Assembly (NCBI GenBank): GCA_963718235.1
Contig: CAVQYR010000001.1
Location: forward strand, 192,001-256,000
Length of the DNA: 64,000 bases
Direction: 5' to 3'
Origin: an uncultured Actinomycetota bacterium
GTDB lineage: Bacteria; Actinomycetota; Actinomycetes; JAHEKZ01
Below are positions 46,391 through 57,136 of this stretch, in pieces. Positions within the stretch are counted from its first letter, which is position 1; each line of letters starts with the position of its first letter. Made by a program: the position numbers and the translations under genes. The notes beneath the pieces are model-generated. The model saw nothing but the letters and a program-made list of their open reading frames with translations, searched no databases and had not been told where the DNA came from.

Positions 46391-47665
46391 GTGCACGAGC
46401 CGACTCGTTCCCTCCCGGGACTGCGCGCCGTGCTCGGGCTGGCCGGCTTTCGCCGGCTGCTGGCGGTACGCCTGGTCGGTCAGTTCGCCGATGGGTTGCT
46501 GCAGGTCGGACTCGCCTCGTTCGTGTTCTTCTCCCCCGAACGTGCCGCGACCCCGGGCCGGGTGGCGCTCGGCTTCGCGGTGCTGCTCCTGCCCTTCTCG
46601 TTGGTCGGGCCGTTCGCGGGAGTTCTGCTCGACCGGTGGTCGCGCCGACAGGTGCTCGTCGTGGCCAACCTGGTGCGGGTCGTCGGAGTCGGTCTGGTCG
46701 CGGCCCTGATCGCCACGGGCCAGGACTCCCTCGCCCTCTACGTCCTCGCGCTGACCATGCTCGGCGTCAACCGGTTCGTCCTGGCCGCACTCGGCGCATC
46801 GCTGCCGCACGTCGTGCCTCCTTCCCTGCTCGTCACGGCCAACGCGGTGGCACCGACTGCCGGAACCGCCATGACCTTCCTGGCGGCCGGCCTGGGGATC
46901 ACCGCCTCGTCGGCCCTGGGCGGTGGCGACGCCGCCGACGCGGTGGTCGTCGCCGGTGCCGCCGTCTCGTGCCTCGGCGCCTCGTCGCTCGCCCTTCGGC
47001 TGGACCGGGCCCAGCTCGGCCCCGACCGCAAGGTCCCGCTGGCCGTGACCCGGGCGGTCCGCGACGTCGTCGACGGCTTTGTCGCCGGGCTCCGCCACGT
47101 CCGCGAACGGACGCCGGCCCGACGTGCCCTGACCGTGATGGCCGGTCACCGGTTCCTGTTCGGTCTGGCCACGGTGCTGTCCATCGTGCTGTTCCGCAAC
47201 ACCTTCCACCCCGACGACCCCGACGCGGCACTGTCGGCACTCGGCCTCTCGCTGGCCTTCGGCGGGGCCGGGGCCGTCACCGGTGCCGTCCTGACCCCCG
47301 GTGCGACTCGACGGATCACGTCGACGGGCTGGGTCTGTGCCCTGCTCGTGGTCGCGGCCGCCGACCTGATCCTGCTGGTCGCCCCGTTCCGCGAGCCGCT
47401 GTTCCTCGTTGCGTCCTTCCTCATCGGTCTGGTCGCCCAGGGGGTCAAGGTCAGCGTCGACGCGATCCTGCAGACCGCCACGGACGACGCGTACCGCGGC
47501 CGGGTGTTCACCCTGTACGACCTGGTGTTCAACGCCACGTTCGTACTGGCCGGACTGCTTGCTGCACTCGTCCTCCCGGCCGACGGCCAGTCGACCGTGC
47601 TGGTCGTGGCGGTCGCTGCCGGCTACGGCCTGCTGGCCGCCTGGTACGCGCGCGACCGCGGATGA
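46391..47665 (+). CDS. MFS transporter
   Basis: GVLLDRWSRRQVL motif A; about 12 TM segments. Confidence 0.9.
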   Translation: MHEPTRSLPGLRAVLGLAGFRRLLAVRLVGQFADGLLQVGLASFVFFSPERAATPGRVALGFAVLLLPFSLVGPFAGVLLDRWSRRQVLVVANLVRVVGVGLVAALIATGQDSLALYVLALTMLGVNRFVLAALGASLPHVVPPSLLVTANAVAPTAGTAMTFLAAGLGITASSALGGGDAADAVVVAGAAVSCLGASSLALRLDRAQLGPDRKVPLAVTRAVRDVVDGFVAGLRHVRERTPARRALTVMAGHRFLFGLATVLSIVLFRNTFHPDDPDAALSALGLSLAFGGAGAVTGAVLTPGATRRITSTGWVCALLVVAAADLILLVAPFREPLFLVASFLIGLVAQGVKVSVDAILQTATDDAYRGRVFTLYDLVFNATFVLAGLLAALVLPADGQSTVLVVAVAAGYGLLAAWYARDRG

Positions 47666-47668
47666 GGA

Positions 47669-49102
47669 TCAGGCGCCACTGCGTCGCGACCACCACTGCC
47701 GCAGCTCCTCGGCGGCCGCGTCGGTGCCCAGCGGCCCGCGGTCCAGCCGCAGCTCGAGCAGGTAGCGGTAGGCCTCGCCGACGTCGCGCCCGGCAGGGAT
47801 CCCCAGGATCGCCATGATCTGGTTGCCGTCGAGGTCAGGCCGGATCGACGCGAGCTCCTCAGCCTGCTGCAGCTCGTCGATGCGCTCCTCGAGGTGGTCG
47901 TACGCCCGGGCCAGGGCTGCTGCCTTGCGCTGGTTGCGGGTCGTGCAGTCGGCGCGGGTGAGCCGGTGCAGGCGGGGCAGCAGCTCACCGGCGTCTCGGA
48001 CGTACCGACGTACAGCGGAGTCGCTCCACTCACCGTCGGCGTAACCGTGGAAGCGAAGGTGCAGCTCGACCAAGGACGACGTGTCGTCGACCGTGCCCTT
48101 GTCGAATCGCAGCGCCTTCAGCCGCTTGGTCGTCATCCGAGCGCCCACGACCTCGTGATGGTGGAAGGAGACGCCGCCCCCGTCCTCGAACCGTCGGGTT
48201 CGCGGCTTGCCGATGTCGTGCAGCAGCGCAGCGAGCCTCAAGACGAGGTCCGGCGCACCGTCCTCGAGGTCGATGGCCTGCTCCAGCACGGTCAGGGTGT
48301 GCTGGTAGACGTCCTTGTGCCGATGGTGCTCGTCGATCTCCAGGCGCAGCGCCGCCAGCTCCGGCAGCACGTGCTCGACCAGGCCGGTGTCGACCAGCAG
48401 CTCCAACCCTGCGCGTGGGCTCGGTGCCAGCATCAGCTTGACGAGCTCGTCGCGGACCCGCTCGGCCGAGACGATCGCGAGCCGGTCGGCCATCGCTCGC
48501 ATCGCCTCGACGACGCCGGGGTCGACCTCGAACCCCAGCTGCGCCACGAACCGTGCCGCCCGCATCATCCGAAGCGGGTCGTCCTCGAAGGAGTCCTCTG
48601 GACGCCCAGGAGTGCGCAGCAGCCGGCGGGCCAGGTCGCCCAGCCCGTCGTGCGGGTCGACGAACTCCGCACCCGGCAGCCGAAGCGCCATCGCGTTGAC
48701 CGTGAAGTCGCGCCGGGACAGGTCGCCGACCAGTGAGTCCCCGTAGGTGACCTCGGGCTTGCGGGATCCGGGCACGTACTGCTCGGCCCGGTACGTGGTG
48801 ATCTCGCAGGTGTACCCGTCGATCCGGCACCCGATCGTGCCGAAGGCCCGGCCGATGCCCCACACCGCCGTCGCCGGGTCGGCCACGAGGGACTCGACCT
48901 GCTCCGGGTGCGCCGACGTGGCGAAGTCGAGGTCCTCGTCCAGGCGACCCAGCAGCATGTCGCGCACCGACCCGCCCACCAGGGCGAGCTCGTGCCCCTG
49001 TGCCGCGAACCGGCGTCCGAGGTCGTCGGCCACCGGCGAGATCCGCAGCAGCTCGGTCACGGCGCGTTGCTGCAGCCGGGCGGCGTTCTCAGGGGTGGAC
49101 AC
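47669..49102 (-). CDS. pcnA: CCA tRNA nucleotidyltransferase (with HD domain)
   Basis: [39 protein letters not shown]. Confidence 0.93.
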   Translation of the reverse strand: MSTPENAARLQQRAVTELLRISPVADDLGRRFAAQGHELALVGGSVRDMLLGRLDEDLDFATSAHPEQVESLVADPATAVWGIGRAFGTIGCRIDGYTCEITTYRAEQYVPGSRKPEVTYGDSLVGDLSRRDFTVNAMALRLPGAEFVDPHDGLGDLARRLLRTPGRPEDSFEDDPLRMMRAARFVAQLGFEVDPGVVEAMRAMADRLAIVSAERVRDELVKLMLAPSPRAGLELLVDTGLVEHVLPELAALRLEIDEHHRHKDVYQHTLTVLEQAIDLEDGAPDLVLRLAALLHDIGKPRTRRFEDGGGVSFHHHEVVGARMTTKRLKALRFDKGTVDDTSSLVELHLRFHGYADGEWSDSAVRRYVRDAGELLPRLHRLTRADCTTRNQRKAAALARAYDHLEERIDELQQAEELASIRPDLDGNQIMAILGIPAGRDVGEAYRYLLELRLDRGPLGTDAAAEELRQWWSRRSGA

Positions 49103-49218
49103 AACCAGCCACCCTAGGCACCTGCAGTCCTCGTCGGCGCCAACGCGCCGCGACCAAGGACGGTCGGGCGCCACTGTGTGCCACTGGGCGCGACTGGGGG
49201 CTGGCTACCATCGCCGGT

Positions 49219-49686
49219 ATGCCACCGTCTCGCGCCGCCGCCCCTCGGCGACGGTTGCGCACCGTCGAGGAGACCTCGGCCGGGGGTCTGGTCGTCGACC
49301 GCACGACTGCGCAGTGGCAGGCCGCGCTCATCGCCCGCCACGACCGGCGCGGAAGACTCGTCTGGTCGCTGCCCAAGGGGCACCTGGAGGACGGCGAGAC
49401 CGCCGAGCAGGCGGCCGTGCGCGAGGTCGAGGAGGAGACGGGAATCCGCGGCCGGCTCGTGGCGCCGCTCGGGACGATCGACTTCTGGTTCGTGGCCGAG
49501 GACCGAAGAGTGCACAAGACCGTGCACCACTTCCTGCTGGAGGCAGCCACCGGCACGCTCAACGACGACGACGCCGAGGTGGTCGAGGTCGCCTGGGTGC
49601 CCTTGGACGAGCTGGACGGACGACTCGCCTACGCCGACGAGCGGCGTCTCGTCAGCGACGTGGCGAAGCGGTGGGAAGGCGAGTGA
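49219..49686 (+). CDS. NUDIX hydrolase
   Basis: Nudix box [22 protein letters not shown]. Confidence 0.92.
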   Translation: MPPSRAAAPRRRLRTVEETSAGGLVVDRTTAQWQAALIARHDRRGRLVWSLPKGHLEDGETAEQAAVREVEEETGIRGRLVAPLGTIDFWFVAEDRRVHKTVHHFLLEAATGTLNDDDAEVVEVAWVPLDELDGRLAYADERRLVSDVAKRWEGE

Positions 49687-51728
49687 CCCCTCGCCGAAGG
49701 CAGCTCCTTCGATACCTCGTCTTCGTGCTGCTCACCGTGCTCGGCTGCCTGTGGGCCCTCCCGGGTGCGGCAAACGCGCGTCGAGCCGGTCCCCCTGTCG
49801 TTGACCTGCAGCTGTCCGAGCTCGAGCCGGTCACCTTGACCCTCGAGCGCACCCTGCGCCTCGGCGGACAGGTGCAGGTGCTGTCCGGTGCCGAGGTGCG
49901 CGACGCCTCGCTCCGCCTCGAGGTCGCCACCTCGCCGGTCATCGCGCGCAGCGCGCTGGACGAGGTCGTCGCGGACCCGGGCTACACCGTGCCCGTCACC
50001 GACGCGGTGCAGGCGTTGGGTCGCCTGCGCCCCGGCGAGCCGATCGGCTACCGATTGCGCGTGCCGGCCGACACGCTTCCGTTGCAGGTCACCGGTGTGT
50101 ACCCGATCCGCCTGGTCGTGACCGGAGTCGTCGGGGGGGTCTCGACCGAGGTGGCCTCGTTGACCACCCTGCTGCCCTGGTACCCCGCGGGTGACCAGGT
50201 CGCGAAGACCCGGCTGCTGTGGCTGTGGCCAGTCATCGACGGCCCGCACCGTGACTCCGAGGGGCAGTTCACGTCGGACACCCTGGCCGGGTCGATGACG
50301 CCCGGTGGTCGTCTGTCCACGCTGGTCGACGCGGCGGCCGGGCGCCCGGTCACCTGGGTCATCGACCCGGCCGTCCTCGCAGACGCCTCGGCCATGGCCG
50401 ACGGGTACCAGATCCGGGTCGGTGGCGTGTCCCGTCGTGGGCTGCGGGGTGACGACGCACGGCGGTGGCTGCAGGAGCTGAGCGCAGCGTCCTCGCGGCG
50501 CGAGGTCTCCGTGGTGCCGTACGGCGACGTCGACGTGACCAGCGTGCTGGACGCCGACCGGGCCGCCCTCGTGCGTGGCGGCGCCCGATGGGGGGGCGCC
50601 CTGGCGGCGTCGGTGCTGGGGCGGCCCGTCCGCCGTGACCTGGCCTGGCCGGTCGACGGGCAGGCCGACGCCGTCGCCGTGGACCGGATGCCACGGGCCG
50701 CCCAACGCGCCGTCGTGCTCTCCGGTGACGCCGTACCTCCGGTGACGACCCCTGCCTACACCCCGAGCGGCCGGGCGCTGGTGGGCACCCGGCAGGTCGA
50801 CGCACTGCTCACCGACCCCACGCTGGACGAGCTGGTCGCCGACCCGGTCGACGAGCAGCCGATCCTGGCCCGGCAACGGTTCCTCGCCCAGACCCTCCTG
50901 ATCACCGTCGAGCTCCCGGCCCAACCACGCCTCGTGGTCGTGGCACCGCCGCGTCGATGGGCTCCCGACCCGGCCTATGCCAACGACCTCCTCGACTCGA
51001 CGGTGCGCGCCGGGTGGATCCGCCCGGTGACGCTCGACCGGGCCCTGCAGTGGGAGGTCCCCGACCTGGAGCGCGAGCCCGTCTCGGAGACGCCACCGGA
51101 CGACCAGCTCCCGGACACCTACGTCGACCAGGCCAGCCGAGGACGCGTCGACACGATCACGTTCGGGGCGATCCTCACCGAGCCCGTACCCGTCATCCCT
51201 GCCTTCCAGTCGGCCTTCTACTCCTCGGTGTCCACCGCCTGGCGGGTGAACCTCGACGGTGGACAGAGCCTGCTCGACACGGCCAGCTCACGCCTGCTCG
51301 AGCAGCGCGAGAAGGTGCGCATCGTGTCGCGCGGGGGCACGATCACCAGCAACACCGGAAGCCTGCCGATCACCGTCGCGAACGACCTCGACCAGGCGGT
51401 GGTGGCAGGGCTGGACGTGCAGTCCACCGACGGGCTGCGCCTCCAGGTGAGTGCCCCTGACCGGGTCCGCGTACCCGCCGGAGGTCGGGTCAGCGTCAAC
51501 GCCGACGTCCAGGCCTCCACCAGCGGCAACCTGACGGCGACGGCGCAGCTGACCACCCCCCGCGGGGCCCCCTACTCCGCCCCGGTCACCGTCGACGTCC
51601 GCGTTCGTGCCTACGGGCAGGTCGCTCTCATCGTGTTCGGTGGAGCCGCCGCACTCCTCATCCTCGCCGCGCTCGTGCGCGTCACCCGCAGGATCATCGC
51701 GTCGCGCGCAGGTGGCTCCCCGACATGA
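49683..51728 (+). CDS. DUF6049 family extracytoplasmic protein
   Basis: Signal peptide, GVYPI, LWLWPV, GGRL, TWVIDP, AWP, PPRRW, C-terminal TM; usual position before murJ. Confidence 0.82.
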   Translation: MTPRRRQLLRYLVFVLLTVLGCLWALPGAANARRAGPPVVDLQLSELEPVTLTLERTLRLGGQVQVLSGAEVRDASLRLEVATSPVIARSALDEVVADPGYTVPVTDAVQALGRLRPGEPIGYRLRVPADTLPLQVTGVYPIRLVVTGVVGGVSTEVASLTTLLPWYPAGDQVAKTRLLWLWPVIDGPHRDSEGQFTSDTLAGSMTPGGRLSTLVDAAAGRPVTWVIDPAVLADASAMADGYQIRVGGVSRRGLRGDDARRWLQELSAASSRREVSVVPYGDVDVTSVLDADRAALVRGGARWGGALAASVLGRPVRRDLAWPVDGQADAVAVDRMPRAAQRAVVLSGDAVPPVTTPAYTPSGRALVGTRQVDALLTDPTLDELVADPVDEQPILARQRFLAQTLLITVELPAQPRLVVVAPPRRWAPDPAYANDLLDSTVRAGWIRPVTLDRALQWEVPDLEREPVSETPPDDQLPDTYVDQASRGRVDTITFGAILTEPVPVIPAFQSAFYSSVSTAWRVNLDGGQSLLDTASSRLLEQREKVRIVSRGGTITSNTGSLPITVANDLDQAVVAGLDVQSTDGLRLQVSAPDRVRVPAGGRVSVNADVQASTSGNLTATAQLTTPRGAPYSAPVTVDVRVRAYGQVALIVFGGAAALLILAALVRVTRRIIASRAGGSPT

Positions 51729-53356
51729 GCGACATCCCCCTGTTGCGCTCGAGCTCGGTCATGGCGGCCGGCACGATCGCCTCGAGGTTCACCGGCCTGT
51801 TCAAGAACGTCGCGCTCATCGCCGCCATCGGTACCGGGGTGTTCGCCGACACCTACTCCGTGGCGAACATGCTGCCGACCGTCGTCTACACCCTGTTCAT
51901 CGGCGGGGCGATCAACGCAGTGTTCGTTCCCCAGCTGGTGCGCCAGATGAAGGACGACGAGGACGACGGTGACGCCTACGCCCACCGTCTGGTGACGGCG
52001 GTCGGGCTGGGCCTGCTGGTGTTGAGTGTGGTGGCGGTGCTCCTGGCGCCGCTCATCGTGCGGCTGTACTCGTCCGGCTGGAACGACCGACAGATCGAGG
52101 TCTCCACCGCGTTCGCCCGGCTCATGCTGCCGCAGATCTTCTTCTACGGGATGTTCACCGTTTGGTCCCAGGTGCTCAACGCCCGGGGCCGGTTCGGGGT
52201 CCCGATGTTCGCCCCCATCGTCAACAACCTGGTCGTGATCGCGTCCGCGCTGGCGTTCCTGTGGGTGGCCGGCGTCGGGGTCACCACCCGCACGGTCACC
52301 GAGGGCGAGATCGCCCTCCTCGGTCTCGGGACCACAGCCGGGACGGTGCTCCAGGCCCTCGTCCTGGTTCCGGTGCTGCGCAGGACGGGCTTCGCCTTCC
52401 GGCCCCGCTTCGACCTGCGCGGGCACGGTCTCGGCAAGGCCTGGTCCCTGGCCCGGTGGACGATCGCCCTGGTGCTCATCAACCAGGTCGGCACCCTTCT
52501 GGTCGTCCGGCTGGCCACCCGGGCCAACGTCGACGACGTCACGGTCCAGGCCGGGGCCGCCGTCTACAGCAACGCCTTCACCGTGTTCATGCTGCCGCAG
52601 TCGGTGATCACCGTCTCGATCGTCACGGCCCTGCTCCCGCAGCTGTCCCGGTGGGCCCACGCGGGGCAGTGGGACGTCGTCCGGGAACGGATCGCCTGGG
52701 CGCTGCGCACGACGTCGGCCCTGCTCGTGCCGTGCGCGGCCGTCCTCGTGGTCTTCGGTGCCCCCATCGGCGTGCTGCTGTTCGGGTACGGGTCGGCCGG
52801 CTTCGAGGGCGCACAGCAGCTCGGCCTGACCGTCGCCGCCTACGCGGTGGGCCTGCCCGCCTTCAGCGCGTACTACACGCTTCTGCGCGGCTACTACGCC
52901 CTGGAGGACACCCGCACCCCCACCTTCAACGCCCTCCTGCTCAACGGGGTCAACGTGGCCCTCGCGTACGCGATGTTCCCGTTCGTCTCCGCGTACTGGC
53001 GGATCCCCGCCCTCGGCCTGGCGTACGGCCTGTCGTACTGGATCGCCCTCGTCCCTCTGTGGTGGCGGCTGCGCCGCAGGCTCGACGGGCTGGAGACCCC
53101 CCTGGTCGTGCGCACCTTCGTCCGGGTCACGATCGCCACCTCCCTGGCCACGGCCGTCGCCGTCATCGGCTACCGGCTGGCTGCGGTTGCCCTGGACCGT
53201 CCGGAGCAGGGCTGGGCGATCGCGGTCGCGCTCGTCGCCGGCCTGGTTCCCGGCGGCCTGCTCTACCTGGGCCTGAGCAGGGTCTTCCGGATCACCGAGC
53301 TGTCCCGAGTGGTCGACCTGGTGCTGCGCCGCGGGTCGCCGTCCCGAACGGAGTAG
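51725..53356 (+). CDS. murJ: Lipid II flippase MurJ (MviN)
   Basis: SSSVMAAGTIASRFTG, AVFVPQLV, LPQIFFYG, LEDTRTP. Confidence 0.94.
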   Translation: MSDIPLLRSSSVMAAGTIASRFTGLFKNVALIAAIGTGVFADTYSVANMLPTVVYTLFIGGAINAVFVPQLVRQMKDDEDDGDAYAHRLVTAVGLGLLVLSVVAVLLAPLIVRLYSSGWNDRQIEVSTAFARLMLPQIFFYGMFTVWSQVLNARGRFGVPMFAPIVNNLVVIASALAFLWVAGVGVTTRTVTEGEIALLGLGTTAGTVLQALVLVPVLRRTGFAFRPRFDLRGHGLGKAWSLARWTIALVLINQVGTLLVVRLATRANVDDVTVQAGAAVYSNAFTVFMLPQSVITVSIVTALLPQLSRWAHAGQWDVVRERIAWALRTTSALLVPCAAVLVVFGAPIGVLLFGYGSAGFEGAQQLGLTVAAYAVGLPAFSAYYTLLRGYYALEDTRTPTFNALLLNGVNVALAYAMFPFVSAYWRIPALGLAYGLSYWIALVPLWWRLRRRLDGLETPLVVRTFVRVTIATSLATAVAVIGYRLAAVALDRPEQGWAIAVALVAGLVPGGLLYLGLSRVFRITELSRVVDLVLRRGSPSRTE

Positions 53357-53371
53357 TTCTTCCTCCACCTG

Positions 53372-53400
53372 CTCAAGCCGCCCCGCGACCAGGCCGACAA
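53372..53400 (+). promoter_or_regulatory. Sigma-28 (FliA/WhiG)-type promoter, leaderless geometry
   Basis: CTCA-N17-GCCGACAA, then 6 nt to ATG 53407; no SD. Confidence 0.6.
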
Positions 53401-53406
53401 GCCACC

Positions 53407-53841
53407 ATGGACGCGGTACGCACTCGCCGGAGCGCGCCCCCTGGCCGTGACGCCGGCAGCATCGTCCTGGGCTGGCTGACCAAGCTGACTCTCACCTTGG
53501 CCGTCGTCGGCCTGGTGGGCTTCGAGGTGCTGTCGATCGTCGTCACCCACGTGACCCTGCGTGACGTGGGCACGACGGCCGCCGACGCCGCCCTTACCGA
53601 CTTCCGCGAGCGCCACGACGGGCAGACCTCCTACGAGGCGGCCGCCGCCTACGCGGAGTCGCAGGGGGCGACGATCCCGAAGAGGAGCTTCATCCTCAAC
53701 GCCGACGGGTCGGTCTCCTTCGAGCTGCGCAAGACCGCGACCACCATCGTCTTGTACCGGATCGGTCCCCTCGCCCACTACGCCGACGTCGTGGTCCCGA
53801 TCGACCAGGAGTCGATCGAGTCCACCGGGTCGCTCCCATGA
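53407..53841 (+). CDS. Hypothetical Tad/Flp pseudopilin-like protein
   Basis: Short basic leader ending RDAG-S, then hydrophobic helix and AADAA segment. Confidence 0.6.
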   Translation: MDAVRTRRSAPPGRDAGSIVLGWLTKLTLTLAVVGLVGFEVLSIVVTHVTLRDVGTTAADAALTDFRERHDGQTSYEAAAAYAESQGATIPKRSFILNADGSVSFELRKTATTIVLYRIGPLAHYADVVVPIDQESIESTGSLP

Positions 53842-53870
53842 CGCGTCCACCCCATCGCCGCGAGAGCTGA

Positions 53871-55031
53871 ATGAGTCACCGGATCCCCCGCCTGTCGGCG
53901 ACCCTCGGCGTCACCATGGTCGCGGTGTCGACCGTGGTCCTGCTCGCCGGGCTCTCCACGGTTCCGCCCGCCGTCGCCGCGCCCGGAGGCTCCGCTGCCC
54001 CGCAGGCCGTGCGGCTCGACCCGCTCGACCCCGCCTCGTTGACGGCCGCTCGGCGCGAGGCCGACCGACTCCGGGCCACCATGGACCTCATCGATGCCCA
54101 GCAGGACGCGGCCGAGGAGCGGCTCGCCTACGTCCGTGACCTGCTCGCCGCCGCGTCGACCCGTGCCATCACCACCGAGCAGGAGCTCGCGCAGCTGACC
54201 GAGCAGACCACATCGATCGGTGACAACGCCACCGAGCGGGTCCGCGCGCTGTACATGTCCGGGGGGGCGCCGGCGCTGTACTCGACCCTCCTCGACGGGG
54301 ACGACATCTCCGACGTGCTGAGCCGGGTGACCACGGTCCAAGACGTGCTCCGGGGGGACGACACGGCGCTCGACGACTCCCGGGCCGAGCTCTCGGCGGT
54401 CACCGAGCTGCGGGCCCAGCAAGCCCTCGTCGCCCGGCAGCGCGCCCAGCTGAGCGGCGAGGCCACGGCACTGGTCCGTCGCCTGGCCTCCCTGCACCGC
54501 TCGGCGACCCGGGCCCTGGACCGCGCCGACGCGCGGGTCGAGCGGCTCGCCGAGATCCTGCGCAAGCAGCGCCGGGCAGCAGCGGAGGCGGCCGCGGCGC
54601 GGGCCCTGGAGGCCTACGGCGCGACCCCCTCCTCGAACCGCCCCGCCTCGGGCACCCCCTACGGCGACACGGCAGTCGCCGCTGCCCTGTCCAAGCTCGG
54701 CTCCCCGTACGTCTGGGGCGCCGAGGGCCCAGACACCTTCGACTGCAGCGGCCTCGTGCAGTGGGCCTACGCCCAGGCGGGTCTGTCCCTGCCTCGGCTG
54801 GCCAGCGACCAGTACTTCGCCAGCCGACCGGTGGACGTCTCGCAGATGCTCCCCGGTGACGTTCTCGTGTACGCGTACCAGCCCGGAGTCGAGTCCACGA
54901 TCCACCACATCACCATGTACATCGGGAACGGGCAGATGGTGCACGCGCCGCACACCGGCGACGTCGTACGGGTGGTGCCGGTGTACTTCGACGGGCTCTA
55001 CGGAGTGGCGCGTCCTGGCCTCGCACCGTGA
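53871..55031 (+). CDS. Secreted coiled-coil NlpC/P60 (C40) peptidoglycan endopeptidase
   Basis: Signal peptide, coiled coil, PYVWGAEGPDTFDCSGLV, HITMYIGNGQMVHAP. Confidence 0.92.
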   Translation: MSHRIPRLSATLGVTMVAVSTVVLLAGLSTVPPAVAAPGGSAAPQAVRLDPLDPASLTAARREADRLRATMDLIDAQQDAAEERLAYVRDLLAAASTRAITTEQELAQLTEQTTSIGDNATERVRALYMSGGAPALYSTLLDGDDISDVLSRVTTVQDVLRGDDTALDDSRAELSAVTELRAQQALVARQRAQLSGEATALVRRLASLHRSATRALDRADARVERLAEILRKQRRAAAEAAAARALEAYGATPSSNRPASGTPYGDTAVAAALSKLGSPYVWGAEGPDTFDCSGLVQWAYAQAGLSLPRLASDQYFASRPVDVSQMLPGDVLVYAYQPGVESTIHHITMYIGNGQMVHAPHTGDVVRVVPVYFDGLYGVARPGLAP

Positions 55032-55083
55032 TCGCTGCCCGGTGACCGAAGCCACGGTCGCCGACCGCCTAGGCTCGCTGACC

Positions 55084-56475
55084 GTGGAACGCCTCGCCGA
55101 GCGCTACGACCTGCTGACGCCGGTCGCGGTCGGTCAAGGGCGCGTGCTGTGGCAGGCCCACGACCAGGTACTCGACCGAGGCGTCGGGGTGCTGCTCCTC
55201 GAGCGCGGCGATCCCCGCGCCGAGCGGGTACGCGCAGCAGCCCAGGCAGCCGCGGCAGTCGAGCACCCGCACCTGCAGCAAGTCGTCGACGTCGACGACG
55301 ACGACGGTCGGGTGTTCGTCGTCACCCGGTGGTCGGCCGCCCACACCCTGGCCGACGTCATCGTGGGCCGCACGATGCGCGCCGACGACGCGGCGGAGCT
55401 GGTCGCCCAGATCGCCGACGCGCTCGCCGCCAGCGACGCCGTGGGCCTGCACCACTGCGTACTCGACCCGCGCGACGTCCTCGTCGCCGAGAGCGGCGCG
55501 GTCGTCACCGGGCTCGGTGTGCGCGCGGCCATCAGCGAGACCGACGACGGCGGTGCCACCCTCGACGTCCGTCGTCTGGGGGCGCTGCTCTACGCCACGC
55601 TGACCGGCCGGTGGCCCGACGGCGACTGCGCCGGCCTGCCCGCCGCCCCCACCGTCGACGGGGCCCCCGCCCGACCCCGGCAGGTTCGGGCCGGCGTTCC
55701 CGCCGTGCTCGACGACATCACGTGGCGTGCGCTGGGGTTCCCAGGTGACGGCCCGGCCCTGGAGTCCCCGGCCGACGTCGCGAAGGCCCTGGATGCCGCC
55801 GTCGAGGACCGCTCGACGGCCCGGGAGCCTCACGAGGACGACGACCGTCCGGGTCGACCGTCGACCGCGGTCGTGGTCGGCCTGCTCGCCGTCGTGGCGA
55901 TCCTGGCGACGGGCGTGGTCTTGCTCGGGCTTCAGGTGTGGGCCGACCGGACCGCCGAGCCACCGAGCCCGGCAGCCAGCTCGGTCGAACCCACGCCCAC
56001 GCGGACCTCGGCGTCCCCGACGCCCGGAACACCGGTCTCGGTGCCGATCGGCTCGGTCTCCGTGTTCGACCCGCAGGGGGACGAGACCGAGAACGACGAC
56101 CTGGCTCCCGCCGCCGTGGACGACGACCTGACCACCGCCTGGACGACGGTCACCTACACGACCCGAGACCTCGGGGGGCTGAAGCAGGGGGTCGGGCTCG
56201 TGCTGGAGCTGAAGCGGCGCACCCCGGTCGCCGGGGTGGACCTCGAGCTGCTCGGCCGCGGCACCGACCTGCAGGTCCTCACGACCCGAGGCGACCCGTT
56301 CGACCTCGACGGCTACCGGCTGGCGTCCGAGGTCGCCGGGGCCGGCGACCGGCTCACCCTGCGCTTCGCCCCGGCCGTGCCTGCCGACGCCGTCCTGATC
56401 TGGCTGACCGGCCTCCCGGCGGCCGGCAACGGCTACCAGGGCGGAATCGCCGACGTCGTGGTGCGGGGCTCATGA
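55084..56475 (+). CDS. Membrane pseudokinase (homolog of the MviN kinase-homology and extracellular region)
   Basis: Kinase-like fold without the VAIK Lys, HRD or DFG; LYATLTGRWP, PRQVRAGVP; TM; FDPQGD, LKQGVGL (alternative GTG at 55042). Confidence 0.82.
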   Translation: MERLAERYDLLTPVAVGQGRVLWQAHDQVLDRGVGVLLLERGDPRAERVRAAAQAAAAVEHPHLQQVVDVDDDDGRVFVVTRWSAAHTLADVIVGRTMRADDAAELVAQIADALAASDAVGLHHCVLDPRDVLVAESGAVVTGLGVRAAISETDDGGATLDVRRLGALLYATLTGRWPDGDCAGLPAAPTVDGAPARPRQVRAGVPAVLDDITWRALGFPGDGPALESPADVAKALDAAVEDRSTAREPHEDDDRPGRPSTAVVVGLLAVVAILATGVVLLGLQVWADRTAEPPSPAASSVEPTPTRTSASPTPGTPVSVPIGSVSVFDPQGDETENDDLAPAAVDDDLTTAWTTVTYTTRDLGGLKQGVGLVLELKRRTPVAGVDLELLGRGTDLQVLTTRGDPFDLDGYRLASEVAGAGDRLTLRFAPAVPADAVLIWLTGLPAAGNGYQGGIADVVVRGS

Positions 56476-56500
56476 CCGGCTGCCCCTACGCTGGCCGACC

Positions 56501-57136
56501 GTGAGCGCCGACGAGAACCCCGAGGGGGGCCCCAGCGACGTCGAGCTGCTGGCTGCCCACGTGAGCGGGGACCGCGACGCGTTCGCCACGCTGGTCACCC
56601 GGCACCGCGACCGGCTGTGGGCGGTCGCCCTGCGCACCGTCGGCAACCCCGACGACGCCGCCGACGCCCTCCAGGACGCCCTGCTGTCGGCCCACCGTGC
56701 GTCGGCCGGCTTCCGTGGCGACTCCGCGGTGACCACCTGGCTGCACCGGATCGTGGTCAACGCCTGCCTGGACCTCCTGCGCCGGCGCAAGGCCCGGCCC
56801 ACCGTCCCCCTCCCCGAGCACGACTCGGCGCTCCCGGTCGACCCCACCGACCCGCTCGGGCGTCGCGAGTGGGCCCTGGAGATCGAGCGGGCCCTGCAGA
56901 CCCTGCCCCCCGACCAGCGGGCGGCGCTGGTGCTCGTCGACGTCGAGGGCTACTCGGTCGAGGATGCCGCGGCCATCCTCGAGTGCCCGACCGGCACCAT
57001 CAAGAGCCGGTGCGCCCGGGCCAGGGCCAAGCTGGTGCCCCTGCTGGCCCCGGTACGGAACCCCGACGCCTCACCCGACGTCCGATCCATCGACAGTCCG
57101 CAGCCGCCCCGAGACCAGCCAGGAGGTACGCCGTGA
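56501..57136 (+). CDS. sigM: ECF sigma factor SigM-type
   Basis: RHRDRLWAVALRT, TTWLHRIVVNACLD, GTIKSRCARARAKL. Confidence 0.9.
   Translation: MSADENPEGGPSDVELLAAHVSGDRDAFATLVTRHRDRLWAVALRTVGNPDDAADALQDALLSAHRASAGFRGDSAVTTWLHRIVVNACLDLLRRRKARPTVPLPEHDSALPVDPTDPLGRREWALEIERALQTLPPDQRAALVLVDVEGYSVEDAAAILECPTGTIKSRCARARAKLVPLLAPVRNPDASPDVRSIDSPQPPRDQPGGTP
57057..57083 (+). promoter_or_regulatory. SigM-type promoter inside the sigM 3' end
   Basis: GGAAC-N17-CGTCC about 50 nt upstream of the anti-sigma start. Confidence 0.55.
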
